Shown here piece after piece: positions 10,701 to 19,516 of a DNA stretch of 49,081 bases; position 1 is the stretch's first letter; every line of letters begins with the position of its first letter. The stretch comes from an uncultured Solirubrobacteraceae bacterium. GTDB taxonomy: Bacteria > Actinomycetota > Thermoleophilia > Solirubrobacterales > Solirubrobacteraceae. Made by a program: the position numbers and the translations under genes. The stretch is taken from positions 1-49,081 of the forward strand of contig CAZPQW010000024.1 of assembly GCA_964588985.1 (NCBI GenBank). Direction: 5' to 3'. The notes below the pieces were generated by a model. It ran no database searches. It saw only the letters and a program-made list of their open reading frames with translations, and was not told the DNA's origin.

Positions 10701-10851
10701 CCGCCGCCACGAAGCTCTGCAGGGGCGAGCCGAGGCCCGCCGCCGACGCCGACGCGCTCGGCAGGACGCCGGCGAGCACGACGACCGCGAGCAGCGCGGA
10801 CCGCCGGACGTGCACAGCTCTCCCCCATCCAGCCCAGGTCACCCTTGGCAT
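7723..10851 (-). CDS. Secreted surface protein: 4 Ig-like repeats + RCC1/BLIP-II beta-propeller + 3 IPT/TIG domains
   Basis: ATG at 10851 with GGAGG RBS and signal peptide; four KQP..TV..GQ..F.A.ASG.P.PTVQW repeats; AG..HSLALL.NGTVMAWG..GQLG repeats; P.VT.VSP..G...GG..VT.TG repeats. Confidence 0.92.
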   Translation of the reverse strand: MPRVTWAGWGRAVHVRRSALLAVVVLAGVLPSASASAAGLGSPLQSFVAAAETAKAPKITKQPAGVTVEEGQNGTFTAVASGTPTPTAQWELSSNGGASWSAIEGATSTSVTIVAAKASENGELLRVVFKNVAGEATSSAGALTVHVAPAITKQPANVTLEAGQSTVLEASASGLPAPTVQWELSTNNGITFSAISGATSNQLTIASVKTTESGHQYRVTFKNASGRAVTEAVTLTVRILPVVTKQPVALTVQAGQNAVFEAAASGFPAPTVQWQRSIDGGASWSAIEGATSAALTIVAATTSESGELLRAVFRNAAGEAVTSAVSLTVRSPPAVTRQPAGETVEAGQGVTFEALASGSPTPTVQWELSTNGGSTWTAIEGATSSQLTIAAVELAESGREYRATFTNIVGKATSEAATLTVATYHYKAVAWGQNLFRQLGDGTTNAFSDVPVTVSGLHFVASVAAGGRHSLALLAGGTVDAWGDNEYGQLGAPKSVITSNVPVPVPGLTGVKAISAGANHSLALLANGTVMAWGGDESGQLGIGAIREGEEVPTAVKGLTGVKAVSAGAAHSLALLANGTVMAWGNDESGQLGTGNLKSSTVPVAVKGLTGVTAVAAGANFSLALLSNGTVMAWGSDEYGQLANGSLGEEQELSDVPVQVGALTGVTAIAAGAEHGLALMGDHTVMAWGEDSYGEIGDGAIEPRQETPVAVSGLSGVTAISAGTGDSVALLGNGSAMAWGIDEWGTLGDGLTGAPSDLPVAVSGLGSVVGISAGGSQVLADSEPIPAIAGVSPRLGPAGGGNTVSLTGVNFTGATAVRFGTVAATSFTVTSPTTATAVAPAGKGIVDVTIATAAGISPASPADRYTYMVAPVVTKLSVKTGSAAGGTSVTITGKELTGATAVSFGGNPATSFTVNSATSITAVSPPGAAGLTDVTVTAAGGVSAVSTKDRFKYLPVVTGVSPNGGPVAGGATVTVTGEGFVVGTTGTTLKFGARKSSSVSCATTTSCTVVVPANPAGTVDVTAQANKATSAVARPGDEFTYS

Positions 10852-11115
10852 CCTGCCTCCCTCATCGTTCCCCGCAGTCAAGCCTACAGCACCTCCGATT
10901 CGGCGGATGGCGCTCGGTCCCGATGCTTGATATCCGACTGCCGGGATGGCGATGTTCTCAAGCAGATAAGCGAGCTCGCCCAGTGCGAAGCACCGGCGAC
11001 GCGGCGTGTCATTTCGTCTGGATTCGAGCGGGCGCGCTACAGCACGGATTTCATCTGATCGAAAATGTTCGCGATACCGGAAACCTCTGTTCACTTCGAA
11101 CACGGGAGCAGCCGC

Positions 11116-11679
11116 ATGAGCCTCTTCTACATCTCCGACGGCGCGCCGACCGGCCAGCCATACGACCCGGACGTGGCCGTGCTCGTCGTCAGCGGCGAGC
11201 TGGACTACTCGGCGAGCCCCCACCTCGACAAGCGCATCCTCGATCGCATCAAGGTCGGCAAGCGACGATTGGCGATCGACCTCTCGGCGGTGACATTCAT
11301 CGACTCGATGGCGATCGGCGTGCTCGTGAGGTCAGCCACGCGGCTGCGGGAGAAAGGCGGATCGCTGCGGGTCGTGTGCGCCGAGGAGAACGAGCGGGTG
11401 CTGCGCATCTTCGACATCGCCGGGGTGGCCAGCTCGATCCCGCTCGATCGCTCGCGGGAGGAGGCCCTCTCCTGGCCCGTCGCGAGCCAGTCGACCGGGC
11501 TGCCTGCGTGGGTGGAGCAGGCGACGGCCGTCACGGCCGCAGACGGACGACGTCCGCCCGTCCGGCAATCGGGTCTGGCCGCGGCGCGGAAATACGCAGT
11601 CGAGGCTTTCGCCGGATCGGGAGACCATCCTGGCGCCAGTCGCCGCCACCTGGGTGGTGAGATCGACAGGCTGGCGTGA
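11116..11679 (+). CDS. STAS-domain anti-sigma factor antagonist with C-terminal extension
   Basis: VSGELDYSASP, DLSAVTFIDSMAIGVL (phosphorylatable Ser), RIFDIAG; GGAG RBS. Confidence 0.88.
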   Translation: MSLFYISDGAPTGQPYDPDVAVLVVSGELDYSASPHLDKRILDRIKVGKRRLAIDLSAVTFIDSMAIGVLVRSATRLREKGGSLRVVCAEENERVLRIFDIAGVASSIPLDRSREEALSWPVASQSTGLPAWVEQATAVTAADGRRPPVRQSGLAAARKYAVEAFAGSGDHPGASRRHLGGEIDRLA

Positions 11680-11724
11680 GTGACGGGGCTTCGGTATACA
11701 GCTCCACGAGGAGCGATTTGGGAT

Positions 11725-11920
11725 CTAGATAGGTCGGAAATCCTCGACCCGGCAAGGGCAATCCGGGAGATCGATGATCTCAGGATCTCCGGTGAGGAGG
11801 GGTAGATCATGGGCCGAGGCGGTCGTAACCGCGAAGCAGTCCCCAAGCGCAATCGTGGCTCGGGCCTTAAGGCGCGTGGCCTCGATCATCCGGGCGGTCC
11901 CCGGAAGGTCAAGCACCCCG
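11725..11920 (-). pseudogene. C-terminal remnant of a PIN/VapC-type toxin
   Basis: EATRLKARATIALGDCFAVTTASAHDLPLLTGDPEI resembles the PIN C-terminal D..(A)..LLTGD motif; no N-terminal half present. Confidence 0.6.
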
Positions 11921-11928
11921 AGGAACCC

Positions 11929-11966
11929 TTGACGCCTACGCCGGGTATGACTAGAATAGTGGTCAT
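11929..11966 (+). promoter_or_regulatory. Sigma-70-type promoter for a probably leaderless TA transcript with overlapping operator
   Basis: TTGACG (11929)-N17-TAGAAT (11952), ATG 7 nt later; inverted repeat ATGAC...GTCAT flanks the -10 box. Confidence 0.75.
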
Positions 11967-12255
11967 GTCCGAGACTTTGCCTCTCTCCTCCGTGAAGGCC
12001 CACCTCTCTGAACTGGTGGACCGCGTGGAGGATCAGCACGACCGCGTGGTGCTCACCCGTAACGGCAAGCCCGCCGCAGTCTTGATCAGCCACGACGACC
12101 TGGAGAGCCTCGAGGAAACCCTCTCGATCCTCTCCGACCCGTCGATCATGGCGCAGATCCACGAGAGCAAACAAGCGCTCGCGGATGGAGCGCAGGGCGC
12201 CACACTCGCCGAGCTTCGGGCTGGGCTCGAGAGCCGCCGCAACGCCGCGGCGTGA
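11965..12255 (+). CDS. Phd/YefM family antitoxin
   Basis: LPLSSVKAHLSELVDRV...VVLTRNGKPAAVLIS..DLESLEETL.IL. Confidence 0.93.
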   Translation: MSETLPLSSVKAHLSELVDRVEDQHDRVVLTRNGKPAAVLISHDDLESLEETLSILSDPSIMAQIHESKQALADGAQGATLAELRAGLESRRNAAA

Positions 12256-12524
12256 GCGAGCCACCATGGGATGTGCTGGTGATGGCACCCGCGCGTCGCC
12301 AGATCGACCGCCTGCCCATCTCGGTCGCAGCAGCAGTCATAGAGACTCTCGACACGATCGCAACCAACCCCCACCGTCTCGGTAAGCCTCTGCGCTTCGA
12401 GCTCGACGGATGCCACTCTGCGCGCCGCGGGCCATACCGCATCATCTATCGCATAGACGATGCGACTCGCTCGATCAAGGTTCTTGCCGTGGCGCATCGC
12501 GCCGACGCCTACCGCCCACGCTGA
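12252..12524 (+). CDS. RelE/ParE family toxin
   Basis: GTGA overlap with antitoxin; NPHRLGKPL..EL.G..SARRGPYRIIYRID...V.HR.DAY. Confidence 0.92.
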   Translation: MSEPPWDVLVMAPARRQIDRLPISVAAAVIETLDTIATNPHRLGKPLRFELDGCHSARRGPYRIIYRIDDATRSIKVLAVAHRADAYRPR

Positions 12525-12619
12525 CCGGTCAGCCGATACACCGACCCGACAAAGCCAAGAATCCGGCGGGATTTCGAACAACGGCCTCGTACCGGTCAAA
12601 AACGGGGATGGCGGGAAGA

Positions 12620-13936
12620 CCTGTAGGGGTCGAAACCCCTGATTCGGCGCTCGCGGTGCGTGGGTCTGGTCGGCGGGGTGCGTTTCGGTGGGGGTTAGTG
12701 ACGCTGACGGCGACGGTTGAGCGAGGGGGCGCTTGCATCCGGCGCGTTGCTGGCCGTTGGCGTGGCCACGTGGTGCGGTTTTCTCGAGCTACCGTTCACA
12801 CCCACGAGCGAGGAGATTCAGGCTGCTTTGGCGTGGTACTCGTGGATGATGCCGCCGAGGACGTCGCGGCGTCGGATCTCGACGGGCTGGCCGCGGGCGG
12901 CTGGTGTCTCGCCGGCTGGGGTGGCGAGCGCAAGCCCGCGATGCGGGCGCTCGTTGTTGTAGTGGGTGGTGTAGTCGCGCATGGTGCGTTCGAGATGCCG
13001 GCGGCCGGTGATCATCACGTGGTCGAGGCAGTCTTCGCGGATGGTGCGTACCCATCGCTCCGCGAACGCGTTAGCCTTCGGCGCACGAACCGGTGTTTTG
13101 AGGACCTGTGCGTCCTCGGTGTGGAAGATCTCGTCGAACGAGCTGGTGAACTTGCCGTCGCGGTCGCGGATCAGGAACCGCACGTTCTCGAGCTGTTCGT
13201 CGGCGGCGAGGCTGCGGGCTTGCTGGGTCACCCACGCAGAGTCCGGGTTCGCGGTCACGCCGGCGAGGTGCACGCGGCGGGAGTGCAGCTCGATGAAGAA
13301 CAGCACGTAGACCCTGCGCAGCCAGACCGTGTCGACGGTGAAGAAGTCGCAGGCCATGATTCCGTTTGCTTGGGAGCGCAGGAACTCGTTCCAGGACGGC
13401 CCATTACGCCGTGGCGCGGGTCCGAGGCCTGCTCGTCTGAGGAGCGAGCGGATCGTCGTCGCGCCGATGTGGATTCCGAGCTTGCGTAGCTCGCCTTGGA
13501 TGCGCATGCAGCCCCAGCGTGGGTTCTCTCGCGCGAGGCGCAGTACCAGCTCACGAACCGCTGGGTCGACGCGGGGTCTGCCGGGCTGGCGGTGCTGGTA
13601 GGTCCACTTTCGGCGTACCAGCTCGCGGTGCCAGCGAAGCAGCGTCTGCGGTGAGACGAGGAACAGCGACCATCGCTCCCGAGGGAGCAGCCTGCTGGCG
13701 GCGGCAAACAGCACGCGATCACGCCTACGCAGGGCTGGCCGCCGCGTGGTCCGGCGTAGCACTGCGAGCTGGTGGCGGAGCACCGCGTTCTCGACAGCCA
13801 GGCTGCGGTCATCGCTGCCAGCGACCATCTTCAGCAGCCGCCTGAGCAGCGCGTATAGGACGAACCACAACACGGCCATAGATCCTATGGATCAGGGCGA
13901 AATCGAAGCGCGAACAGCATTTTCGCGCCCTTCAGG
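12620..13936 (-). mobile_element. Insertion sequence with rve-type (DDE) transposase, IS481/IS3-related
   Basis: Imperfect terminal inverted repeats CCTGTAGGGGTCGAAAC (12620) and CCTGAAGGGCGCGAAAA (reverse strand from 13936), 13/17 match; no target duplication seen. Confidence 0.75.
12818..13879 (-). CDS. Integrase-core (rve) domain transposase
   Basis: RENPRWG..RIQGEL, ACDFFTV, LIRDRDGKF, PKANAFAERWVRT, HYNNERPHRGL. Confidence 0.93.
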   Translation of the reverse strand: MAVLWFVLYALLRRLLKMVAGSDDRSLAVENAVLRHQLAVLRRTTRRPALRRRDRVLFAAASRLLPRERWSLFLVSPQTLLRWHRELVRRKWTYQHRQPGRPRVDPAVRELVLRLARENPRWGCMRIQGELRKLGIHIGATTIRSLLRRAGLGPAPRRNGPSWNEFLRSQANGIMACDFFTVDTVWLRRVYVLFFIELHSRRVHLAGVTANPDSAWVTQQARSLAADEQLENVRFLIRDRDGKFTSSFDEIFHTEDAQVLKTPVRAPKANAFAERWVRTIREDCLDHVMITGRRHLERTMRDYTTHYNNERPHRGLALATPAGETPAARGQPVEIRRRDVLGGIIHEYHAKAA

Positions 13937-14501
13937 CTCTGCAGTGCGAGCGAGGCATCAATCGCAGCACTCCGTGGCTCGCGGGTCTCACCCGCGACGT
14001 AGCGGAACATCGCGGTGTAGCTCTCGACACGCAGTGCTAGGGAGTCGAGAGTGTGCGCAGCCTGCAGTGCCTTGGTAAAGACCTGAGCCGTTACCTCCTC
14101 CGGGACCCGGAAGCGGTGGCCGCTAGCGCTGCTGGTAGCGTCGGGCATCATGCCCAGCCGGATTGGCTTAGAGCACGTGCGCAGCGTGTCAGGGGCAGTT
14201 CGGCATACGCACACAGGCCAATCCGGTCGTGAGACAACCGAGCAAGCATCAGCTCTAAAGCAATAACGAGTATCCCCCTTCGCTGGTCAATAGCACGACT
14301 TTGTTAGCGCCTCAGGTCACTGGCCAGGAGCGCCGGCCTGCTCGCGGCACCTTCTGGCCAACTCAAGCCGACGGCTCGCTCGACTGGCAGACTAACGCCT
14401 GTAATCGGACTCTGGGCGTGTGTTGCTGACGTTCGCCGAACCACCCACAAACCCTACAACAAAACTAACAAAGCACTACTAAGCAAAGCAGGCGTGAAAT
14501 A

Positions 14502-14536
14502 GGGATGGTGACCACCGAGGAGGCGATCACCATCCC
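14502..14536 (-). terminator. Intrinsic terminator for the 14605-15174 gene
   Basis: Minus-strand GGGAUGGUGAUCGCC-5 nt-GGUGGUCACCAUCCC forms a 15-bp stem (2 G-U pairs) followed by UAUUUC. Confidence 0.75.
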
Positions 14537-14604
14537 GTATACTAACAGTAAATACTACATGATGTAATAATGCAACAACATGACTGTCTTGTGCTTACAA
14601 GAGA

Positions 14605-15174
14605 CTATGCGTCCCAGCTTAGGGTGCCGCCGGCTTTGAGGCCTACGTCGAAGTTACCTGTGTACGTTCCATTGCTTTCTGAGGCGTAGCCGCACCCGGT
14701 CCCTTCACCTTGTGACGTGATGCCTTTGACTTCGAAGTCTAGTCTCATCCCCGCACCCATGGTGTCTAAGTATTTGACCGTGGCCAGTAATTGATTGCTC
14801 GCTCCTAATACTCGCACTAGACAGAGCGTTGCTGTGATGGTGAAATTGCTGAGGAGCTTAACCATGCCGTTGGCGTTGAATTCATATTCGGCCGCCGAGA
14901 TCGACGCTGACAAGCCAAAGGCTTTGCAGCCGCTGTAGTTGACAGTAGCTACCTGCGTTTCGGATTTCGTCGTTTTCACTGTACCACTGACTGCAATTGT
15001 CGTACATACGACTTCGCCCGCTTTAAACACGAACTTCTGGTTTTGTAATGCTTTGCCGGTGAGTGCGCCGGTAGCAGATGCTAAGAAATTACTTGCTCCC
15101 GCGCTCGCAACCGACGTGACGCTGATCGCGCACACGGCTACGAGGGCTAGCCCTACGAGCTTGATACGTTGCAT
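14605..15174 (-). CDS. Secreted beta-rich hypothetical protein with Cys residues
   Basis: AAGGAG RBS, ATG at 15174, signal peptide MQRIKLVGLALVAVCAISVTSVASAGA; visibly lower GC than flanks. Confidence 0.75.
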   Translation of the reverse strand: MQRIKLVGLALVAVCAISVTSVASAGASNFLASATGALTGKALQNQKFVFKAGEVVCTTIAVSGTVKTTKSETQVATVNYSGCKAFGLSASISAAEYEFNANGMVKLLSNFTITATLCLVRVLGASNQLLATVKYLDTMGAGMRLDFEVKGITSQGEGTGCGYASESNGTYTGNFDVGLKAGGTLSWDA

Positions 15175-15862
15175 TTTGCTGCTCCTTTGTATGAGGAGCA
15201 CGAGGACGCGCGAAATGCCTATCTCACCGAGAGTAGTGGATGAGTCCCTTCCTATCGGAACCGATTACTGGTTCGCGTTGCGATAATCGTCCGATCGCGA
15301 ATACAGACATACCGGTACCTGTCGGGTAGAACTCCATAGGGACTACCTCCACTCCTGCCCGGCCGTAGGCCACTTGCGCATCGTGCATGCTCCTGTTGTT
15401 GTGATCTGTGGCCGGATGGTCACCCGACTGTGAACTACCAGTCCCCCGTGGCCGGTTTTTAGATCCGGGCCAACTGGGAACACGTGTTATCTAGCAGAGA
15501 TACCCAGGGCTTGCAAGGCGTGTCAATAGCAAACATGGTCTACACAGATAAACGGACACCCTCCTACGCAAAGTAACTGGACTGAGAATGCGGCTTAGTC
15601 TAGGCGGCATCGTTGATGCGAATAGCGAGAGCGAGAACGCGCGGCCCCCGCGCTTTGTGGCTCCCAGTAAGAGAAACGGGTAAGGGGGGCAGCCGATTTA
15701 ACTTCGCGTGGCTGACCCCCTGTGCGACGGGGTGGCGAGTTGTTCACCCGCGTACCCCGTCGCGTGTTCGACATTGGGTTTAGGCTGCGGCGGGCTCCTT
15801 AGCCGTCCATCCGCGGCCCTGCTTCTCGACCTTGCCTCGTCGCGGCGCTGGCCGCCGACGGG

Positions 15863-16573
15863 ATGAAGTACGCGCCGGTCTCGCAGCACAACGACAACTT
15901 CACGCTCTCATTCCCGATCTTCGGGCCTACCAGCCTCGTCGCCGTCGGCATGGTCGAGAGCGGCGTGATCCTCGCCCGAGCCAATCTGCCGCCGGGTCAG
16001 CTCAAGCTGTCCAACCCCCAATCGGGAACATACAACGCCCGGATCCCGCTGATCCCGAACCCGCTCGACCCTGACCCCCCGCATGGATTCGTCATCACCA
16101 ACAGCTGGCAGTCGATCGACGCCAAGGTGCACGGGAGGAAGCTCCGGTTCATCACCACGCATCTCGACGCCCTGGCACCCGGCGGCGTGGTGTCCGGTCC
16201 GCAGGCGAAGGAACTTCTCGCCGGCCCGGCGAGCACCTCGCTTCCCGTGATCGTCGCGGGCGACATGAACTCCGGCCCCAGCTTCGCCCCGGCCGCCTAT
16301 GAAGCGCTCATCGCCGGGGGGCTCTCGGACAGCTCGACCGCTGCCGGGCTGGGCACCACGCCGCTCACGTGTTGTCACCTCGCGCCCAATGCTCTCGCGA
16401 GCGATCCGACCGCGATCTACACTGAGGATCTCGATCACGTGCTCACCCGCGGACGCTTCCGCGTACTCAATGAGCGCCTGGTCGGCAACATAGCTCCGAG
16501 TCCGGCCCCGAAATCGTTCATCTGGCCCTCCGATCACGCGGGTGTGGTCGCGACGCTGGCGATCGGACCGTGA
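15863..16573 (+). pseudogene. Endonuclease/exonuclease/phosphatase (EEP) family, N-terminally truncated
   Basis: TTHLD, AGDMNS, DHV and WPSDH motifs present; N-terminal N/QE motifs and signal peptide absent. Confidence 0.7.
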
Positions 16574-16653
16574 GGGTGAGCGTGCATGCTGCTCTCGCGT
16601 GCACGGGACGTCTCGCGTAGCGGTGAAGGCAACCGCGCCGGGCTGACGGGCGG

Positions 16654-18325
16654 GTGAGCATCACGGCAACGGCGACGGTGTCGGTGCTGATGACCGATCT
16701 GGTGGGGTCGACGGCGATGGCTGACCGGGTCGGCCCGACCGCGGCGGAGGTGTTGCGCCTGGAGCATTTCGGGCTGCTGCGGGGTGCGCTCGAGCGAACG
16801 GGGGGGGCGAGAGGTCAAGACCCTCGGCGATGGGCTGATGGTCGTATTCCAGAGCGCAGTTCAATCGTTGACGTGCGCGGTTGACATGCAACAGGCGGTC
16901 GAGGCGCGCAACCGCCGCTCGGGGGAGCGCCTCGAGGTGCGGATCGGCGTGAGTCTCGGGGATACCACGATCGAGGACGGCGACTACTTCGGCGAGGCGG
17001 TGGTCGAGTCCTCGCGACTGTGCGCGATCGCGCAGGGCGGACAGATCGTGGTAAATGCCCTGGTGAGCCAGGGCGCGCGAGCTCACGATGCTCACCGCTT
17101 CCACCCGCTCGGCGACGTCGAGCTGAAGGGCATCTCAACGCCAGTGCAGGCGTTCGAGCTTCACTGGGAGCCGGTGCTCGCAACCGGCATCGCGCTGCCG
17201 GAGCGACTGCGTGAGCTGCCGGCGACCTCCTATGTCGGGCGAGTGGCTGAGCGCGCCCAGCTGAGCGAGCAGTGGAGTGCGACGTGCGAAGGGTCGCTGC
17301 GACTCGCGCTGATCAGCGGGGAGGCGGGTGTCGGTAAGACGCGGCTGTCCACGCACCTGGCGCTGGACGCGCATGCACAGGGCGCGACCGTTCTCTACGG
17401 GCGCTGCGACGAGGATCTCGGCGTGCCCCTATCAGCCGTGGGCGCAGGCGCTAGCGCACTTCGTCAACGAGGCGCCGCAGCCGGTGCTGGATTCATATGT
17501 GGAGCGTCACGGCGGCGACCTCGCACGTCTCGTCCCCGACCTCGGTGAGCGTGTGGCTGAACTGTCCCCTTCACGGCAGAGCGATCCCGAGACAGAGCGC
17601 TATCTGCTCTACGCCGCCGCCGCGGGCCTCCTTGGAAGTGCCGGCGAGCAGGAGCCGCTGCTGTTGATCCTCGACGACCTGCAGTGGGCCGACGGGCCGA
17701 CGCTGTCGCTGCTCCGCTACGTGGTCACCGTGAGCGCGTCGATCCCGGCGATGGTGGTTGGGACCTATCGCGACTCCGACCTATCCCGCGATCACCCTCT
17801 CACCGCGCTGCTGGCCGACCTGCACCGCGAGCAACGCGTTGAGCGCATCAGGCTGACGGGTCTTCCGGCCGGCGATGTGCTCGCGCTGATGGAAGCGACG
17901 AGCGGGCAGGAGCTGGGCGAGGATGGGCGTGAGCTCGCGGGGGCGATCACGCGCGAGACGTCGGGTAACCCGTTCTTTGCCGGCGAGCTGCTGCGTCACC
18001 TCACAGAGTGCGGCGCGATCGCGCAAGACGACCGCGGGCGCTGGCAGCTGGCGGGGGAGGTGGTAGAGCTGTGCCTGCCCCAGAGCGTGCGGGAGGTCAT
18101 CGTGTGCGGCGTGTGGCGCGTCTCGGCCCCGACGCCCGCACGGCTCTCAGCGTCGCCGCGGTGATCGGCCGCGACTTCGAGATCGAGCTCCTCGTCGCGG
18201 TGCTCGAGATCGCGGAGGCGCGGCTGCTCGACCTGCTGGAGGGGGCGGTCTCGGCGTCGCTCCTGCAGGAGAGCACCGCGCGTGCGGGCCGCTTCACATT
18301 CACGCACGCGCCTCTCGGAGGCTAG
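16654..18325 (+). pseudogene. Class III adenylate/guanylate cyclase + AAA ATPase (STAND-type), frameshifted three times and C-terminally truncated
   Basis: TDLVGST, KTLGDGLM, GDYFGEAV, LKG, GEAGVGKT, LILDDLQWAD, SGNPFF and FTFTHA are spread over four reading-frame segments. Confidence 0.88.
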
Positions 18326-18438
18326 TTCCTGCATCTCTCAGCATGTCGTGCTCGTTCGGTGAGCTCCTCTGGTCGCCCACAATCTGACCGCAAGCCCGGT
18401 AATAGGTCTTATGACACCGGTGCCGTCGGCATCGGGGC

Positions 18439-19389
18439 TCAGCTATTGGCTGGGCGTGCGCAGTCGGGGCACTCCTGGGCCGGCTTGTAGTACGTCGTCT
18501 TCCGTGTCGTCTTGATAGTCCCTTCGAGGCTGCTTCTGGGCTTGTCCAGCTCGCCTAGTCTCCATTCGAGAACGCGCTGTTCGTTACTCTGGAAGGCACA
18601 TAGGACCTCATAGATTGGCTGTGCTTTGCCCATGATGGCGTCGTACGGGTCGGCTGGCGCCGTCTCGTTGTCGAGCGTGAGCACGACGTCAGAACCCGAC
18701 GTTTTGGTGAGCAGGAGTCGTGGGCTCGGCATCGGCACGTAGGCGAAGATCGGCTTGTCTGACTCGGGCCCCACGATGGGGGGAAGTGTGTCTGCGCCAC
18801 GGCCTTCGCGGGCGCGTGTTTCGATGATCGTGCAGACGCCGTCTATGAGAATGTCGAACTTGTACTCTGGGCCGTCCGCGTGGAGTTCGCGCAGCCTGCT
18901 TTCGACGGTCTGCCTCAGCCCTCGCTTTGCCGTCCTATATGCGTCCACTCTTTGGTTCCAGTCCGTAAGCTGCTTGTCGAGTGGGGGGAAGTGGCTGGCG
19001 AATATCCTGGCGTCCTTGTCGGGAAATTGGCAGATGTCGTCGTTCTTGACTGCCGTCCCTGCGGCGTCGAGCAGTTGTCGGAGTCGCCCGGCGTGGGCGT
19101 CGTCTACGGCGCCTTCGCTTCGGCTTCTGATCAGGGCGATGGTGGTACCGATGGCAAGGGAGATAGCTCCGGTGAGGATGCGTATCCAGAGGGCGACGGA
19201 GACCAAGAGGCCCATGGCCTCGAGTAGGCAGACCACAAAGAGGGCGAGGAGTATGCGCCTGCTACGTTCGCGTGTCACGCGAACGTAGGTCAGGGCTACT
19301 GCTAGAACGGCGAGGACGAAGGCGGCAAAGCCGATCACATCGGTCCCGGCGACTTCCGACTTGGCTAGGACTGCGTGAAGCGCCTCCAT
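18439..19389 (-). CDS. Hypothetical membrane protein (N-terminal TM helices + soluble helical domain)
   Basis: 316-aa ORF with about 3 N-terminal hydrophobic helices. Confidence 0.65.
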   Translation of the reverse strand: MEALHAVLAKSEVAGTDVIGFAAFVLAVLAVALTYVRVTRERSRRILLALFVVCLLEAMGLLVSVALWIRILTGAISLAIGTTIALIRSRSEGAVDDAHAGRLRQLLDAAGTAVKNDDICQFPDKDARIFASHFPPLDKQLTDWNQRVDAYRTAKRGLRQTVESRLRELHADGPEYKFDILIDGVCTIIETRAREGRGADTLPPIVGPESDKPIFAYVPMPSPRLLLTKTSGSDVVLTLDNETAPADPYDAIMGKAQPIYEVLCAFQSNEQRVLEWRLGELDKPRSSLEGTIKTTRKTTYYKPAQECPDCARPANS

Positions 19390-19516
19390 CGACGTGAGCG
19401 TACTTGATCTCGGCGGTTCCGGTTGGACGTGGATGGCACCTGGGAGGGCGCATAACTGTCAACGCAGCGTCTTACGCCGTCGTCGCCGGTGTATGTGTTT
19501 CGGCGCCAACATCCAG

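Noticed and set aside
10852-11223. N-terminal 124 aa of the 1166-aa ORF call
   Set aside because: Overlaps the STAS gene; a better ATG with RBS and signal peptide lies at 10851
15175-15500. Possible riboswitch or 54-aa leader ORF upstream of the secreted protein
   Set aside because: No recognisable c-di-AMP, c-di-GMP or other riboswitch consensus; the small ORF has poor RBS spacing and no motif
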